Shown here in pieces: positions 16,947-25,449 of a stretch of DNA of 38,410 nt (positions within the stretch are counted from its first letter, which is position 1; every line of letters starts with the position of its first letter). A program made the translations under genes and the position numbers. The notes under the pieces were generated by a model. It did not search any database. It was given only the letters and a program-made list of their open reading frames with translations, and was not told the origin of the DNA. This DNA is from a virus. Its lineage: Duplodnaviria; Heunggongvirae; Uroviricota; Caudoviricetes. The stretch is from positions 94,052-132,461 of IMG/VR virus record IMGVR_UViG_3300017691_000005. One strand, given 5' to 3'.

Positions 16947-17984
16947 ATGTCTCGCGAATCCCTTGAGTGGCTGAACCAGAACACGCTCATTGGCTTTACT
17001 GACAAGCGTGGCAAGGCATGGCATTACTCGGAGCGTAGCCAGGGTGATAAGACGAATCACTATGCTGGTGCAATTCCGGTTGAGGATGTTCGCTCGCGTA
17101 TTCTTTCCTGGGAGCCGATTAGCCTGCCGCTTTCTGTGACGATTCCGGGTGTTATGAATGCCGATGGTGTTTCTCCCGACCGCACGGTTACTGACCCTAA
17201 CCGTCAGGTGATTGTGCGTCCCGATAATGGGACCATTATGGGAGTCTTTAAGTCTGGGTATCGAATTCACGGATATACTGAGTGGCTTATCAATAACATT
17301 TCCACGCTTATTGACGATTCAAACCTCCAAATTGCTAGTGCCGGTCTTCTCAAGGGTGGCGCCCAGGCATGGGTGCAAATTGAAATGCCCGAGAATGTCG
17401 ATACTCCGGAGGGAATTACTTTCCGCCCCTACCTTTGTGGTTCTACTTCTCTTGACGGTTCTCTTTCCACCGGTTACACGCGCGGTTCTACTTTTGTTGT
17501 GTGCGATAACACCCTCGCAATTGCGCGTAGCGCGGGAACGACTATTAAGGTCAAGCACACTAAGAATTCTCTTTCTAAGATTTCTGATGTTCGGGCCGCG
17601 CTTGATATTGTCCACAATGATGCTGACGATATTGCCGCTGAGATTGCTACTCTTTGCTCCACTGCCGTTAGTGATGCGGTTTGGGCTGAGTTTCTTTCTC
17701 TTGAGACTGCACCCGCTAGTGATTCTAAGCGCGCCGTCACTATGTCGGAGAATTACCGTGACAATCTTTCTGCTCTTTGGAATAACGATGCCCGAGTTAG
17801 CCCGTGGAAGGGAACCGCTATGGGGGTCGTGCAGGCCGTGAATACTTATGCACACCACGGGAGCATCGTCCGGGGCGCGAGCCGTTCGGAGCGGAACGCG
17901 GAGCGCATGGTGAGCGGCAAGATCAATGATCTTGACTCGTCTACCCTCGCAACTCTTGACCGTGCGCTGACGATGGTTGGCTGA
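16947..17984 (+). CDS. DUF932 family (phage/plasmid-like) protein
   Basis: IGFTDKRG.AWH, SAGLLKGGAQAWVQIE, SLDGSLST, FVVCDNTLA and WKGTAMGVVQAVNTY motifs. Confidence 0.85.
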   Translation: MSRESLEWLNQNTLIGFTDKRGKAWHYSERSQGDKTNHYAGAIPVEDVRSRILSWEPISLPLSVTIPGVMNADGVSPDRTVTDPNRQVIVRPDNGTIMGVFKSGYRIHGYTEWLINNISTLIDDSNLQIASAGLLKGGAQAWVQIEMPENVDTPEGITFRPYLCGSTSLDGSLSTGYTRGSTFVVCDNTLAIARSAGTTIKVKHTKNSLSKISDVRAALDIVHNDADDIAAEIATLCSTAVSDAVWAEFLSLETAPASDSKRAVTMSENYRDNLSALWNNDARVSPWKGTAMGVVQAVNTYAHHGSIVRGASRSERNAERMVSGKINDLDSSTLATLDRALTMVG

Positions 17985-18020
17985 TACAGGCCCTGTAAGG
18001 GGTCTAGGACGCTCTAGAGG

Positions 18021-18051
18021 GGTGGGGCCGGTACTCACTACCGGCCCCACC
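18021..18051. repeat. GC-rich 13-bp hairpin preceding a promoter module
   Basis: GGTGGGGCCGGTA-CTCAC-TACCGGCCCCACC. Confidence 0.75.
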
Positions 18052-18073
18052 GGCCCAGGCCCTTAGGCTCAAG

Positions 18074-18136
18074 AAAAAAACTTTTCAAGATTGTTTAAGG
18101 TTTTGAGGGTTAGGGCCGATGGGATGGGGGTAACCT
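18074..18136 (+). promoter_or_regulatory. phage four-box promoter module (degenerate)
   Basis: A-tract/ACTTTT 18080, TTTAAG 18094, CCGAT 18116, TAACCT 18131. Confidence 0.55.
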
Positions 18137-18280
18137 ACTCGACAGAGAGGCCGGAACGATGGCAACCAAGATCCGCCGTTGTGAGTTCGGATGGAATTGC
18201 AACCGAATTGCATTCCGGATGATTAACGGAATTTTCACTTGCAAGACTTGTCACGCTCACTCAACTAAGGGAGTCAAGCG

Positions 18281-18577
18281 ATGATTTCCACGAATAACGT
18301 CCCCCGCCCCGTTATTGACGCATACGAATTGACTGCAAGTGAGCGCGCCAAATTTGATTATCTTGATTGGAACCGAATTGAAATCGGTGAGGATTCCGCT
18401 AGTTTCTTTCGGTACCGTGACAGCCTTTATGATTTGGGCGACGCGCAACGCATTACTGAGACAATGACTAGCCTTTCCGGTTGGCATGGTTTTTATGGTG
18501 AGAGTTATTTTAGCGCCGTTGTGTTCCGTTATTCTGACGATTTTGAGCATGTCACTGTCGGACACTGGACGGAGTGA
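18281..18577 (+). CDS. acidic hypothetical early protein
   Basis: AAGGGAG RBS; TN..PR..YELT..E..FDYLD..FFRY..YDL motif. Confidence 0.75.
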   Translation: MISTNNVPRPVIDAYELTASERAKFDYLDWNRIEIGEDSASFFRYRDSLYDLGDAQRITETMTSLSGWHGFYGESYFSAVVFRYSDDFEHVTVGHWTE

Positions 18578-18933
18578 ACAAAATGAATACCGACACGGTT
18601 TGCTTTACATGCGGATTCTGGCCGAATACCGATAACCTCACAATTGCGGAGCAGGAGCATCGTGCATTTGATGGGGCGCATTACCCTAATTGGGTTGAGG
18701 ATTCTCTCTGAGTAGTTAGTGGCTTTCGGTTTAGTCGGGTCGACTCATACTCCCCGACTACTCCGTGAATTACTAAACACAACCGAGAGGAATTGACATG
18801 TTCAAGGTCGTTAACGAATTCGGCGAGGATGCATCCGATTTCCTTGTGAACGCTCTTAGTGATGCTGACCTCAAGTGTCCTAGCCCGTGGTACTTCCCGC
18901 TTTACACCCTTGAGATTGTAGAGGAGAACTGAA

Positions 18934-19290
18934 ATGACTATCTCTTACATTCCCGGCGGGAAGTACGATTCGGCCCGGGACGTATTTCTTGATTACATGG
19001 TCAGCCAGGGATGGGCAAATGAGTCTGGCGGTGACGTGGAGTCTAATGCTGGACATTTTGCCATTATCAAGAATCCCCCGGCGGAAGTCACTGAGATTGC
19101 CAATGCTTTTGATGATGAAATGCGGTCCCTTAACGTTTTCCGATCCGACATTATCGGATACTTTGTTCTCCACACTGACTCACAGGGTTTTGTCAGCGTG
19201 CATGCTTTTGAGACTGAGACAGCCGCTGAGATTGTTTATGCCGAGTATGAGCGTGAGTACTCCGATTGGCTGATGGCTACGGGAGCCTAA
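18934..19290 (+). CDS. acidic hypothetical early protein
   Basis: GAGGAG RBS. Confidence 0.75.
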   Translation: MTISYIPGGKYDSARDVFLDYMVSQGWANESGGDVESNAGHFAIIKNPPAEVTEIANAFDDEMRSLNVFRSDIIGYFVLHTDSQGFVSVHAFETETAAEIVYAEYEREYSDWLMATGA

Positions 19291-19348
19291 AGGTTCTAGC
19301 GTTTCTTGCCGATAGATAGTTATCACCCACTAGCGATTGGATAGAATC

Positions 19349-19654
19349 ATGGCTGGCACCGCGAATATCCCCCTTACCTACATCCACAAGGGTATTAAGC
19401 GCCGTACCCACATTACTGCCACCCATAAGGGAGGTTCTTACATCGATCTTTCTTTCGGCGGGGCTCACCCGTCAGAGGTAATTAACGTCTGGGACCACCA
19501 GGCCGGTAAGTCTAGGCTTACAGGTAAGCGCGGGGAAGTTAAGGCCATCCTTACTGAGTGGATTAAGGATGAGGACGATTACGAGCGGTCTTATCAGGAT
19601 GAAGGGGATAAGTTTAACCGCAATTGGCTTCGTCTTTACGTTGAGAATTCCTGA
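19349..19654 (+). CDS. hypothetical early protein
   Basis: Downstream of a partial promoter module (CTAAAG 19287, CCGATA 19309). Confidence 0.7.
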   Translation: MAGTANIPLTYIHKGIKRRTHITATHKGGSYIDLSFGGAHPSEVINVWDHQAGKSRLTGKRGEVKAILTEWIKDEDDYERSYQDEGDKFNRNWLRLYVENS

Positions 19655-19730
19655 CTTAGTGTGATTGGGTTAGCAATAGACATAGCGCTATTGCTTTCCT
19701 TGCTTCACTAATTCATCCACTACTCACAGA

Positions 19731-20093
19731 ATGGATATCATCATGATTGCTACCGTCGATAACCTGGACGCAATTACCATTTTTGATATTGCTTTTGAGG
19801 TTAGTGAGAATCATGATGTGAGCACGCGCATGGACGTTTATACTCCCGCCATTCTTGATGGTGAGATTGACTCTGACAATTGGGAGTTTTTCTCTGACGG
19901 TTATACGGGCCAGTACGGTTACAGTGGCCCGATTATGCATGACAGCGAGTACATCGGCGGAATGCTTGCGGAGGACATTCTGAATGAGCCTGGCATTTAT
20001 GTTGTCGTCGCCGCTATGTATTCCCCCAAGAATGACAATGATGAGTTTGTCTGGGAGGGTTGGGCTGTCCTCCGTTACGTCGGAAAGGATTGA
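19731..20093 (+). CDS. strongly acidic hypothetical early protein
   Basis: 120 aa, D/E-rich; GYTGQYGYSGPIMH.SEYIGG motif. Confidence 0.75.
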   Translation: MDIIMIATVDNLDAITIFDIAFEVSENHDVSTRMDVYTPAILDGEIDSDNWEFFSDGYTGQYGYSGPIMHDSEYIGGMLAEDILNEPGIYVVVAAMYSPKNDNDEFVWEGWAVLRYVGKD

Positions 20094-20281
20094 TTATCAT
20101 GGATGCTCCCCGTACTCGCGCAATGATTCTGAAGTCTCTTACTGAGAATATCGAATACATCTTTATGGGTAATGCTTCCATCGGTAAGGATGATTATGCT
20201 CGACTTGACGCCCTTACTCACGAGTTTGAGACATTGACGCGAGATATTCAGACTGCCCGTCAGCGGCGGGGCCGGTAAGGT

Positions 20282-20392
20282 ATGCGTATTCTTTTCGGTC
20301 CAGCCATCATCTACGGTTTCTTTATCTTTTGTGTCATCATTCTTCCTATTATTCTCGGTGCTATTTTCATTCACACGCTGATGACAGGATGA
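20282..20392 (+). CDS. 36-aa membrane peptide
   Basis: Almost entirely hydrophobic; TAAGG RBS. Confidence 0.5.
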   Translation: MRILFGPAIIYGFFIFCVIILPIILGAIFIHTLMTG

Positions 20393-20890
20393 GCAATGCC
20401 TACTGAAGTTAAGGAAATTCTTATGGCTGCTCTTGATTATGCGTTCGCCACTCATTCGATTACCGATAGCGAGCACCTGACCGCATATGTTTATCTTGAG
20501 GAGAACTGAAATGATTGAGGCTTTCAATTCTGCTATTGATGCTGACCATTCTCTTGCTTTTGTTATGAATCACATTATCAATGGACAGAATAGGAGAAAG
20601 GATAGGGAATTCACTAAGTCTCTTGACAGCCTGGCCGACCGGCTGGGCCTCTAGGATCGACGCAGAGCCTCTAAGGGGGGCCGCCAGGCCCCACGGGTCC
20701 AGCGGCCCCCTTGCTCGCGTTACAGAGCCCTACAGAGCCTCACAAAAAATCTTGAAAAAGTTTGTGTGTTTGGCTTGAGTTTGACCACTGCGTGCCCGAA
20801 GATACATACATGAACCCCCGGCGTGTCGCAGGACGCGCCGGGGCCCGATCGGCTAGGTTCTACTCATTCAATCTCGTGGAGGTTATTGAA

Positions 20891-21133
20891 ATGGCTAGCG
20901 CTCGACCTGACATGCGTGACTATTTCCGTGCTCGCATTGACTTTCATGTCAATGGTATTTTTTCTAGGAACACGCGACTTCCCTCTGGTGTTCGCAAGAT
21001 CATCGGTGACGTTACTAGTCGAGAAATTGTCGTCATTATGGATGATGGCACGACGCACAATTATTCTGGCGGTCGATACGCGGAGCGGAAGCGAAATGGT
21101 TGTTACGCTCCGCTTATGCCTCGCCCCGCTTGA
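20891..21133 (+). CDS. hypothetical protein
   Basis: GGAGG RBS then ATG 20891. Confidence 0.6.
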   Translation: MASARPDMRDYFRARIDFHVNGIFSRNTRLPSGVRKIIGDVTSREIVVIMDDGTTHNYSGGRYAERKRNGCYAPLMPRPA

Positions 21134-21355
21134 TTTAGTGTCATTGCCTTTCCCAATAACCGGCGGTTATTGGGATTGGTTGTGATCCTAACTCTGGGAT
21201 TCCCGAATGAGAGGATATTAAAATGTCTTTCGCTTCCTACCTCGCTGAAAACAAGACTCGCCTTGCCAGTGAGGCTAAAAATCCTCGCGCAATTGTGAGC
21301 AAGCCTGTTCACGTCATTTCGGCTCACGGCGTTTCTACCATTAAGGGGAAGTGAA

Positions 21356-21574
21356 ATGAAGCGACTCAACTTCAAGACTGACGGTAGGTCAGGACAGCAT
21401 GTCGCAAGCAATAGTGATTACTACGTTGTGATTACTTGGGTCGGAAATGCTTTTGAAGTTGAGCACACCATGCGCCTCCCGGGTCGTTCAATTTTTTATG
21501 GGTGGACGACTGTTGTTTATCGCAATTCTTACCGCGCCGCCGTTAGTGCAGCCGTCCGAATGTCTAGGGGGTAA
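21356..21574 (+). CDS. hypothetical protein
   Basis: AAGGGG RBS. Confidence 0.65.
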   Translation: MKRLNFKTDGRSGQHVASNSDYYVVITWVGNAFEVEHTMRLPGRSIFYGWTTVVYRNSYRAAVSAAVRMSRG

Positions 21575-21576
21575 TT

Positions 21577-21756
21577 GTGGCTAATTATCGAATTGATAAG
21601 GATAGTACCGGTAAGGCTTATGCGCGGATCGGTACTCACGAGAATGGTGAGAGGTTTTACATTAGTATTGTTGACGGCGGTAAGTCTGCAAGTATTGTCA
21701 TTGACCGTCACGATTTTCTTGAGACTATCCGCACGATTCTTGAGGAGAACGACTAA
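21577..21756 (+). CDS. small beta-rich protein, paralogue 1 of 3
   Basis: Read manually: ..ASIVIDRHDFLETIRTIL. Confidence 0.65.
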   Translation: MANYRIDKDSTGKAYARIGTHENGERFYISIVDGGKSASIVIDRHDFLETIRTILEEND

Positions 21757-21947
21757 TGGCTACGGCATATCGACTCAACAGTGAAAGCCCTCACGGATTT
21801 GTTATGGCCTCTCAATCTAATAATGGGAAGACTGTTACTGTTTTTCTGCAAGAGGCTGATGAGGCGGAGCATCACGCTACTGTGACTTTTGACACCGCCG
21901 ATTTCCTCAAGTACATGACTACTCTGCTCAAGAATTGGGGGAAGTAA
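21756..21947 (+). CDS. small beta-rich protein, paralogue 2 of 3
   Basis: ..ATVTFDTADFLKYMTTLL. Confidence 0.7.
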   Translation: MATAYRLNSESPHGFVMASQSNNGKTVTVFLQEADEAEHHATVTFDTADFLKYMTTLLKNWGK

Positions 21948-22154
21948 ATGTACAACGATATTATTGGTATTTTTGAGGACATTCACAGCAATAAAATGAC
22001 CGTGACGGTTTTTGAAGACGATCAGTATGTTTACCTTGATATTGAGACTGCAAGCGGAGTTGTTGGGGACTCAATTGCATTTGACGCCGACACCTTTCTT
22101 AAGTTTGCCGATACTGTTGCTGAGATTGCTAAGACGATTAGGGAGAACGGCTGA
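21948..22154 (+). CDS. small beta-rich protein, paralogue 3 of 3
   Basis: ..DSIAFDADTFLKFADTVA. Confidence 0.7.
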   Translation: MYNDIIGIFEDIHSNKMTVTVFEDDQYVYLDIETASGVVGDSIAFDADTFLKFADTVAEIAKTIRENG

Positions 22155-22432
22155 TGACTACTCGCGTTTATGTCGAGTTTGACAATGATGATTACGCAGC
22201 CCGCTTTCTTTATGACCTTTCGGTGGGTTTGCTTAAGCATGTTACCGACAGCGGTTATCTTGAGGAGGACTAATGCGATACGTGGTCGTTAATGTCGTTG
22301 ACGATATTGTGTATTCAAAGACCTGGAAGGGTGAAAACTTTACAGAATATCAGGCGCAGAATTTTTGCACGATTAACAATTCACGTTACCCGGCTGACTC
22401 CCCGCGCCTTTTCGTTTTTGAGCGGGTGTCTA

Positions 22433-22528
22433 ATGCTTGACTTCACTGATGACATTACTGATGACGACATGATTAATTATGACCGGGATTCTTTTGTGGA
22501 GGACTATTGGGATGAACTGGCTTTTTGA
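22433..22528 (+). CDS. 31-aa very acidic peptide
   Basis: TAATG coupling; 12 D/E residues and 1 R. Confidence 0.5.
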   Translation: MLDFTDDITDDDMINYDRDSFVEDYWDELAF

Positions 22529-22707
22529 ACTACTCGGTATTGATAGGGAATGCGACTGTGAAGACGACGACAACGATTGGGGATGGTTCTAATGGACGAT
22601 TTCACTACAGTTACTGTCTACTTTGATAGTGCAGAGAGTGCGAGCAACTTTTACGACAACGTTCTACCGAATATGAAGGGATTTATTGAGGCGCATATCT
22701 CCTGACC

Positions 22708-22742
22708 AGTAACCGGCCCTAATTGGGCCGGTTACTTTTTTT
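22708..22742 (+). terminator. intrinsic terminator
   Basis: AGTAACCGGCCC-TAATT-GGGCCGGTTACT followed by a T-run. Confidence 0.85.
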
Positions 22743-22819
22743 GGACAAAAATGGTTGCTTGCGGCAAACAATCACACATGTCATGACATACGGATAACTT
22801 CATGATCCACAATCAATCT

Positions 22820-22879
22820 AAAAAATCTTGGAACACACCTCAAGAAACGGGGTTAGGAAGCCGATACTTAGGGCATACT
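22820..22879 (+). promoter_or_regulatory. phage four-box promoter module
   Basis: ATCTTG 22825, CTCAAG 22839, CCGATA 22861, CATACT 22874. Confidence 0.7.
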
Positions 22880-22917
22880 AGAGACACAAGGGCAGGGACT
22901 CACAAGGGAGAGAGATC

Positions 22918-23253
22918 ATGGCAAAGTGTGAGCGTTGCGGCTCCACCGATGTGAGGTGGGCAGAGTCAAAGACGACCGGTAAGCCCTATCTTCAGGACAC
23001 CGTTAACTGGACCGGTGAGCGCTACGCTGTTTCTCGGACCTACGGGCGTGGTCCTCACTTCAAGACGTGTGAGTCCCGCCAGCGGATGAATGCCGAGTAC
23101 ATGAAGACACTTCGGGCCAGTACTGCTGATCGAATTGCCGCCCGGTACACATTGACCGTCGTTATTCCTCTGAGCATGGCGGGTGACGTCGACACGGCAA
23201 TTCGATGCATGGAAAAGGTTCCGGCGTGGCGAGAGGGTTTCATTAACCGATGA
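22918..23253 (+). CDS. hypothetical protein with N-terminal CxxC
   Basis: GGGAG RBS; CERCG..V.WA.SK..GK.YL. Confidence 0.7.
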   Translation: MAKCERCGSTDVRWAESKTTGKPYLQDTVNWTGERYAVSRTYGRGPHFKTCESRQRMNAEYMKTLRASTADRIAARYTLTVVIPLSMAGDVDTAIRCMEKVPAWREGFINR

Positions 23254-23258
23254 TCTTG

Positions 23259-23286
23259 GGTAGGGCCGCCTACGGGCGGCCCTACC
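23259..23286. repeat. 12-bp GC hairpin with TACG loop
   Basis: GGTAGGGCCGCC-TACG-GGCGGCCCTACC. Confidence 0.8.
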
Positions 23287-23294
23287 GGGAGGCT

Positions 23295-23354
23295 AAAAAA
23301 TCTTGGAAAACGCTTACAGGAAATCCACAATCTTGCCGATACCTAGAGTAGAGT
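23295..23354 (+). promoter_or_regulatory. phage four-box promoter module
   Basis: ATCTTG 23300, TTACAG 23314, CCGATA 23336, TAGAGT 23349. Confidence 0.7.
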
Positions 23355-23377
23355 GAAGCCATCACCTAGAGAGAGGG

Positions 23378-23584
23378 ATGATCGTGTACAAGATCAAGAC
23401 CGTTGAGGCCGGATATGCTCGCGTTGAGGTTGACGGTGTTGTAATTGGCACAATGACGCGAGACGATTTCACGGGATTTTGGCGGTGTAAGATGACTAAT
23501 GGTTATGCTGTTGGTAGTGGCGACACTCGAAAGTTGGCTGCTGAAAAGATGTTTGCAATGCACGAGCGTTTTCAGCGCGGTTGA
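23378..23584 (+). CDS. hypothetical protein
   Basis: GAGGG RBS. Confidence 0.7.
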   Translation: MIVYKIKTVEAGYARVEVDGVVIGTMTRDDFTGFWRCKMTNGYAVGSGDTRKLAAEKMFAMHERFQRG

Positions 23585-24140
23585 TATCCATATCTATTAG
23601 AGAGGAATGACCATGAACGGATACATTTACTGCGATTTTACAGAACGGTTTGAGCGTATCGGTGCAGACGAGATTGATAAGCCGTTCTGTACCGGATGCC
23701 GTGTTGATATTGACGCATATGGTGAGCACCCCTGATATTAGCAATTGGCCCCCGGTAATTCGGCCGGGGGCCGGTGGATGAGAAAGGATATCGATATGTC
23801 TAATGATGTGTGGCGTACAGACGCTAAATGTCATTGCGGAGATAATGTCGTTGTTCGTTTTCAGTGGAATGGATTTACGCGCGGTTTATGTGAACATTGT
23901 GACGATGTTAGGTGTGATGCATATCCGGGGGAGTGCGGACGATAATGGCACAAACAATGGAATGCCCTAAGTGTGAAGGGGAGGGAAAGATCAAACGATT
24001 TACACAATGGGATAACGGCCGGTGTTTTAACTGTAGAGGAACAGGCAGTGTAGTCATTACCAAGATCAAGAAGAAACTACCTGTTAGTTAGTCGATTAGA
24101 TTTACTAACTACGATCATGAACCAAGATCAACAACAATCT

Positions 24141-24200
24141 AAAAAATCATGAACAGAAACCTCAAAGATGGGGCTCTAACGACGATTGATCCTGTAGAGT
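24141..24200 (+). promoter_or_regulatory. phage four-box promoter module
   Basis: ATCATG 24146, CTCAAA 24161, ACGATT 24182, TAGAGT 24195. Confidence 0.65.
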
Positions 24201-24237
24201 CGTCCTAAGACGAAACCACAACGGAGGAGAAGGAACC

Positions 24238-24618
24238 ATGACCAGCACCGACTACATGATCAAGCCCGCTACTGTGGGTTTCACCGTGACGCACGTTCCT
24301 ACCGGGATCATGGACGTTTTCGATCTTCGTTCGCTTTGTGAGCGTTGGATCTCCCGTCACGCTGAAATGGTCACCACCCCCGTTGTGGCACCTGTGCAGG
24401 CGCCTAAGGGGCTCACCATTGGTAAGGCTGCTGAGATGGGTCTAGACGGTACTGATGGTGCGTGGGTGGTGGTGTGTGAGGACCACAACACGATCGTTAA
24501 TGTCCGTACTCGCAAGGATGCGCGGACTGTGACTGGTGTTGACTTCTGTGATGGGTGCCGGGGTGACGATGAGATCATGCCGTGTGGGTGCGTTGAGGGT
24601 TTCTGCTACTGCGATTGA
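24238..24618 (+). CDS. hypothetical protein with C-terminal Cys cluster
   Basis: AAGGA RBS; CEDH..FCDGC..CGC..C.C. Confidence 0.7.
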   Translation: MTSTDYMIKPATVGFTVTHVPTGIMDVFDLRSLCERWISRHAEMVTTPVVAPVQAPKGLTIGKAAEMGLDGTDGAWVVVCEDHNTIVNVRTRKDARTVTGVDFCDGCRGDDEIMPCGCVEGFCYCD

Positions 24619-24627
24619 TTATCCTTA

Positions 24628-24653
24628 GGCCCCGCCCCTACGGGGGCGGGGCC
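24628..24653. repeat. 11-bp GC hairpin with TACG loop
   Basis: GGCCCCGCCCC-TACG-GGGGCGGGGCC. Confidence 0.8.
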
Positions 24654-24661
24654 GGTGGGGT

Positions 24662-24721
24662 AAAAGATCATGCAACACACCTCAAGGAATCACCATTAGA
24701 GGTCGATACATAGGGTAGAGT
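24662..24721 (+). promoter_or_regulatory. phage four-box promoter module
   Basis: ATCATG 24667, CTCAAG 24681, TCGATA 24703, TAGAGT 24716. Confidence 0.7.
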
Positions 24722-24761
24722 GTGAAGCACAAGGAGAGAACAACCACCAGGGAGAACGATC

Positions 24762-24956
24762 ATGGCTAAGACGATCACTTGGAAGAAGATCGCGAACAAC
24801 GACATTGAGGCTAAGACAGAGTTCGGTACTTACACCATTGCAAAGGTCGCCGGTAGTGCGTATGTGACTATGCCTAATGGAAATGTTATCAAGGTTAGGA
24901 CAATCATTGAGGCTAAGGAGATTGCATTGGTGTCATGGCTTAACGGTGGTAACTGA
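24762..24956 (+). CDS. hypothetical protein, last rightward gene
   Basis: GGGAG RBS. Confidence 0.7.
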   Translation: MAKTITWKKIANNDIEAKTEFGTYTIAKVAGSAYVTMPNGNVIKVRTIIEAKEIALVSWLNGGN

Positions 24957-25449
24957 GACAAAAGAAGAAGGATGAAGGAGGGAGTAAGACTACAAATTAA
25001 AAATTAAGAATAGAAAAAATAAAAGACAGAGATATAAATGAGTAATCGCGCTAATATTGATTGTTTCATTAAAACGAACAATTGTACCGGTAAAACGAAC
25101 GATTATGCCCTAAAATGCCTATTTTTTGCCCTATTTCCCTAATATTTGATTAAAAATACCCCCTAAATTCAATTGTTGGGTGTATTTGTCCCTTATATAA
25201 GGTATAGCCCTTGTCTTTATATGAATTCTTACATGGATTCTTATTTGTTTATGAATTTAAATGTGCGCTCTATTGTTTTTGATTTTTTGTTAGGAAATAC
25301 CACATCGTATTCATATATCGCTGACTTAAATTTCAGTATTTCAAAGTTTGGTGACTGTGTGTGATTGAAAATGGACGCATAATAGCATGTCAATAAAAAA
25401 TGATGCTAAATTTGGTGACTGTTTGTAGTATTTTGTTAATTTTGGGCAT

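Noticed and set aside
17212-18050. Long alternative ORFs 17212..17841 (+) and 17319..18050 (-)
   Set aside because: They are shadows of the DUF932 gene, with no RBS and no recognisable motifs.
3053-24721. Repeated promoter module read as CRISPR repeats
   Set aside because: The copies are degenerate, hundreds to thousands of bp apart and separated by whole genes; there are no cas genes.
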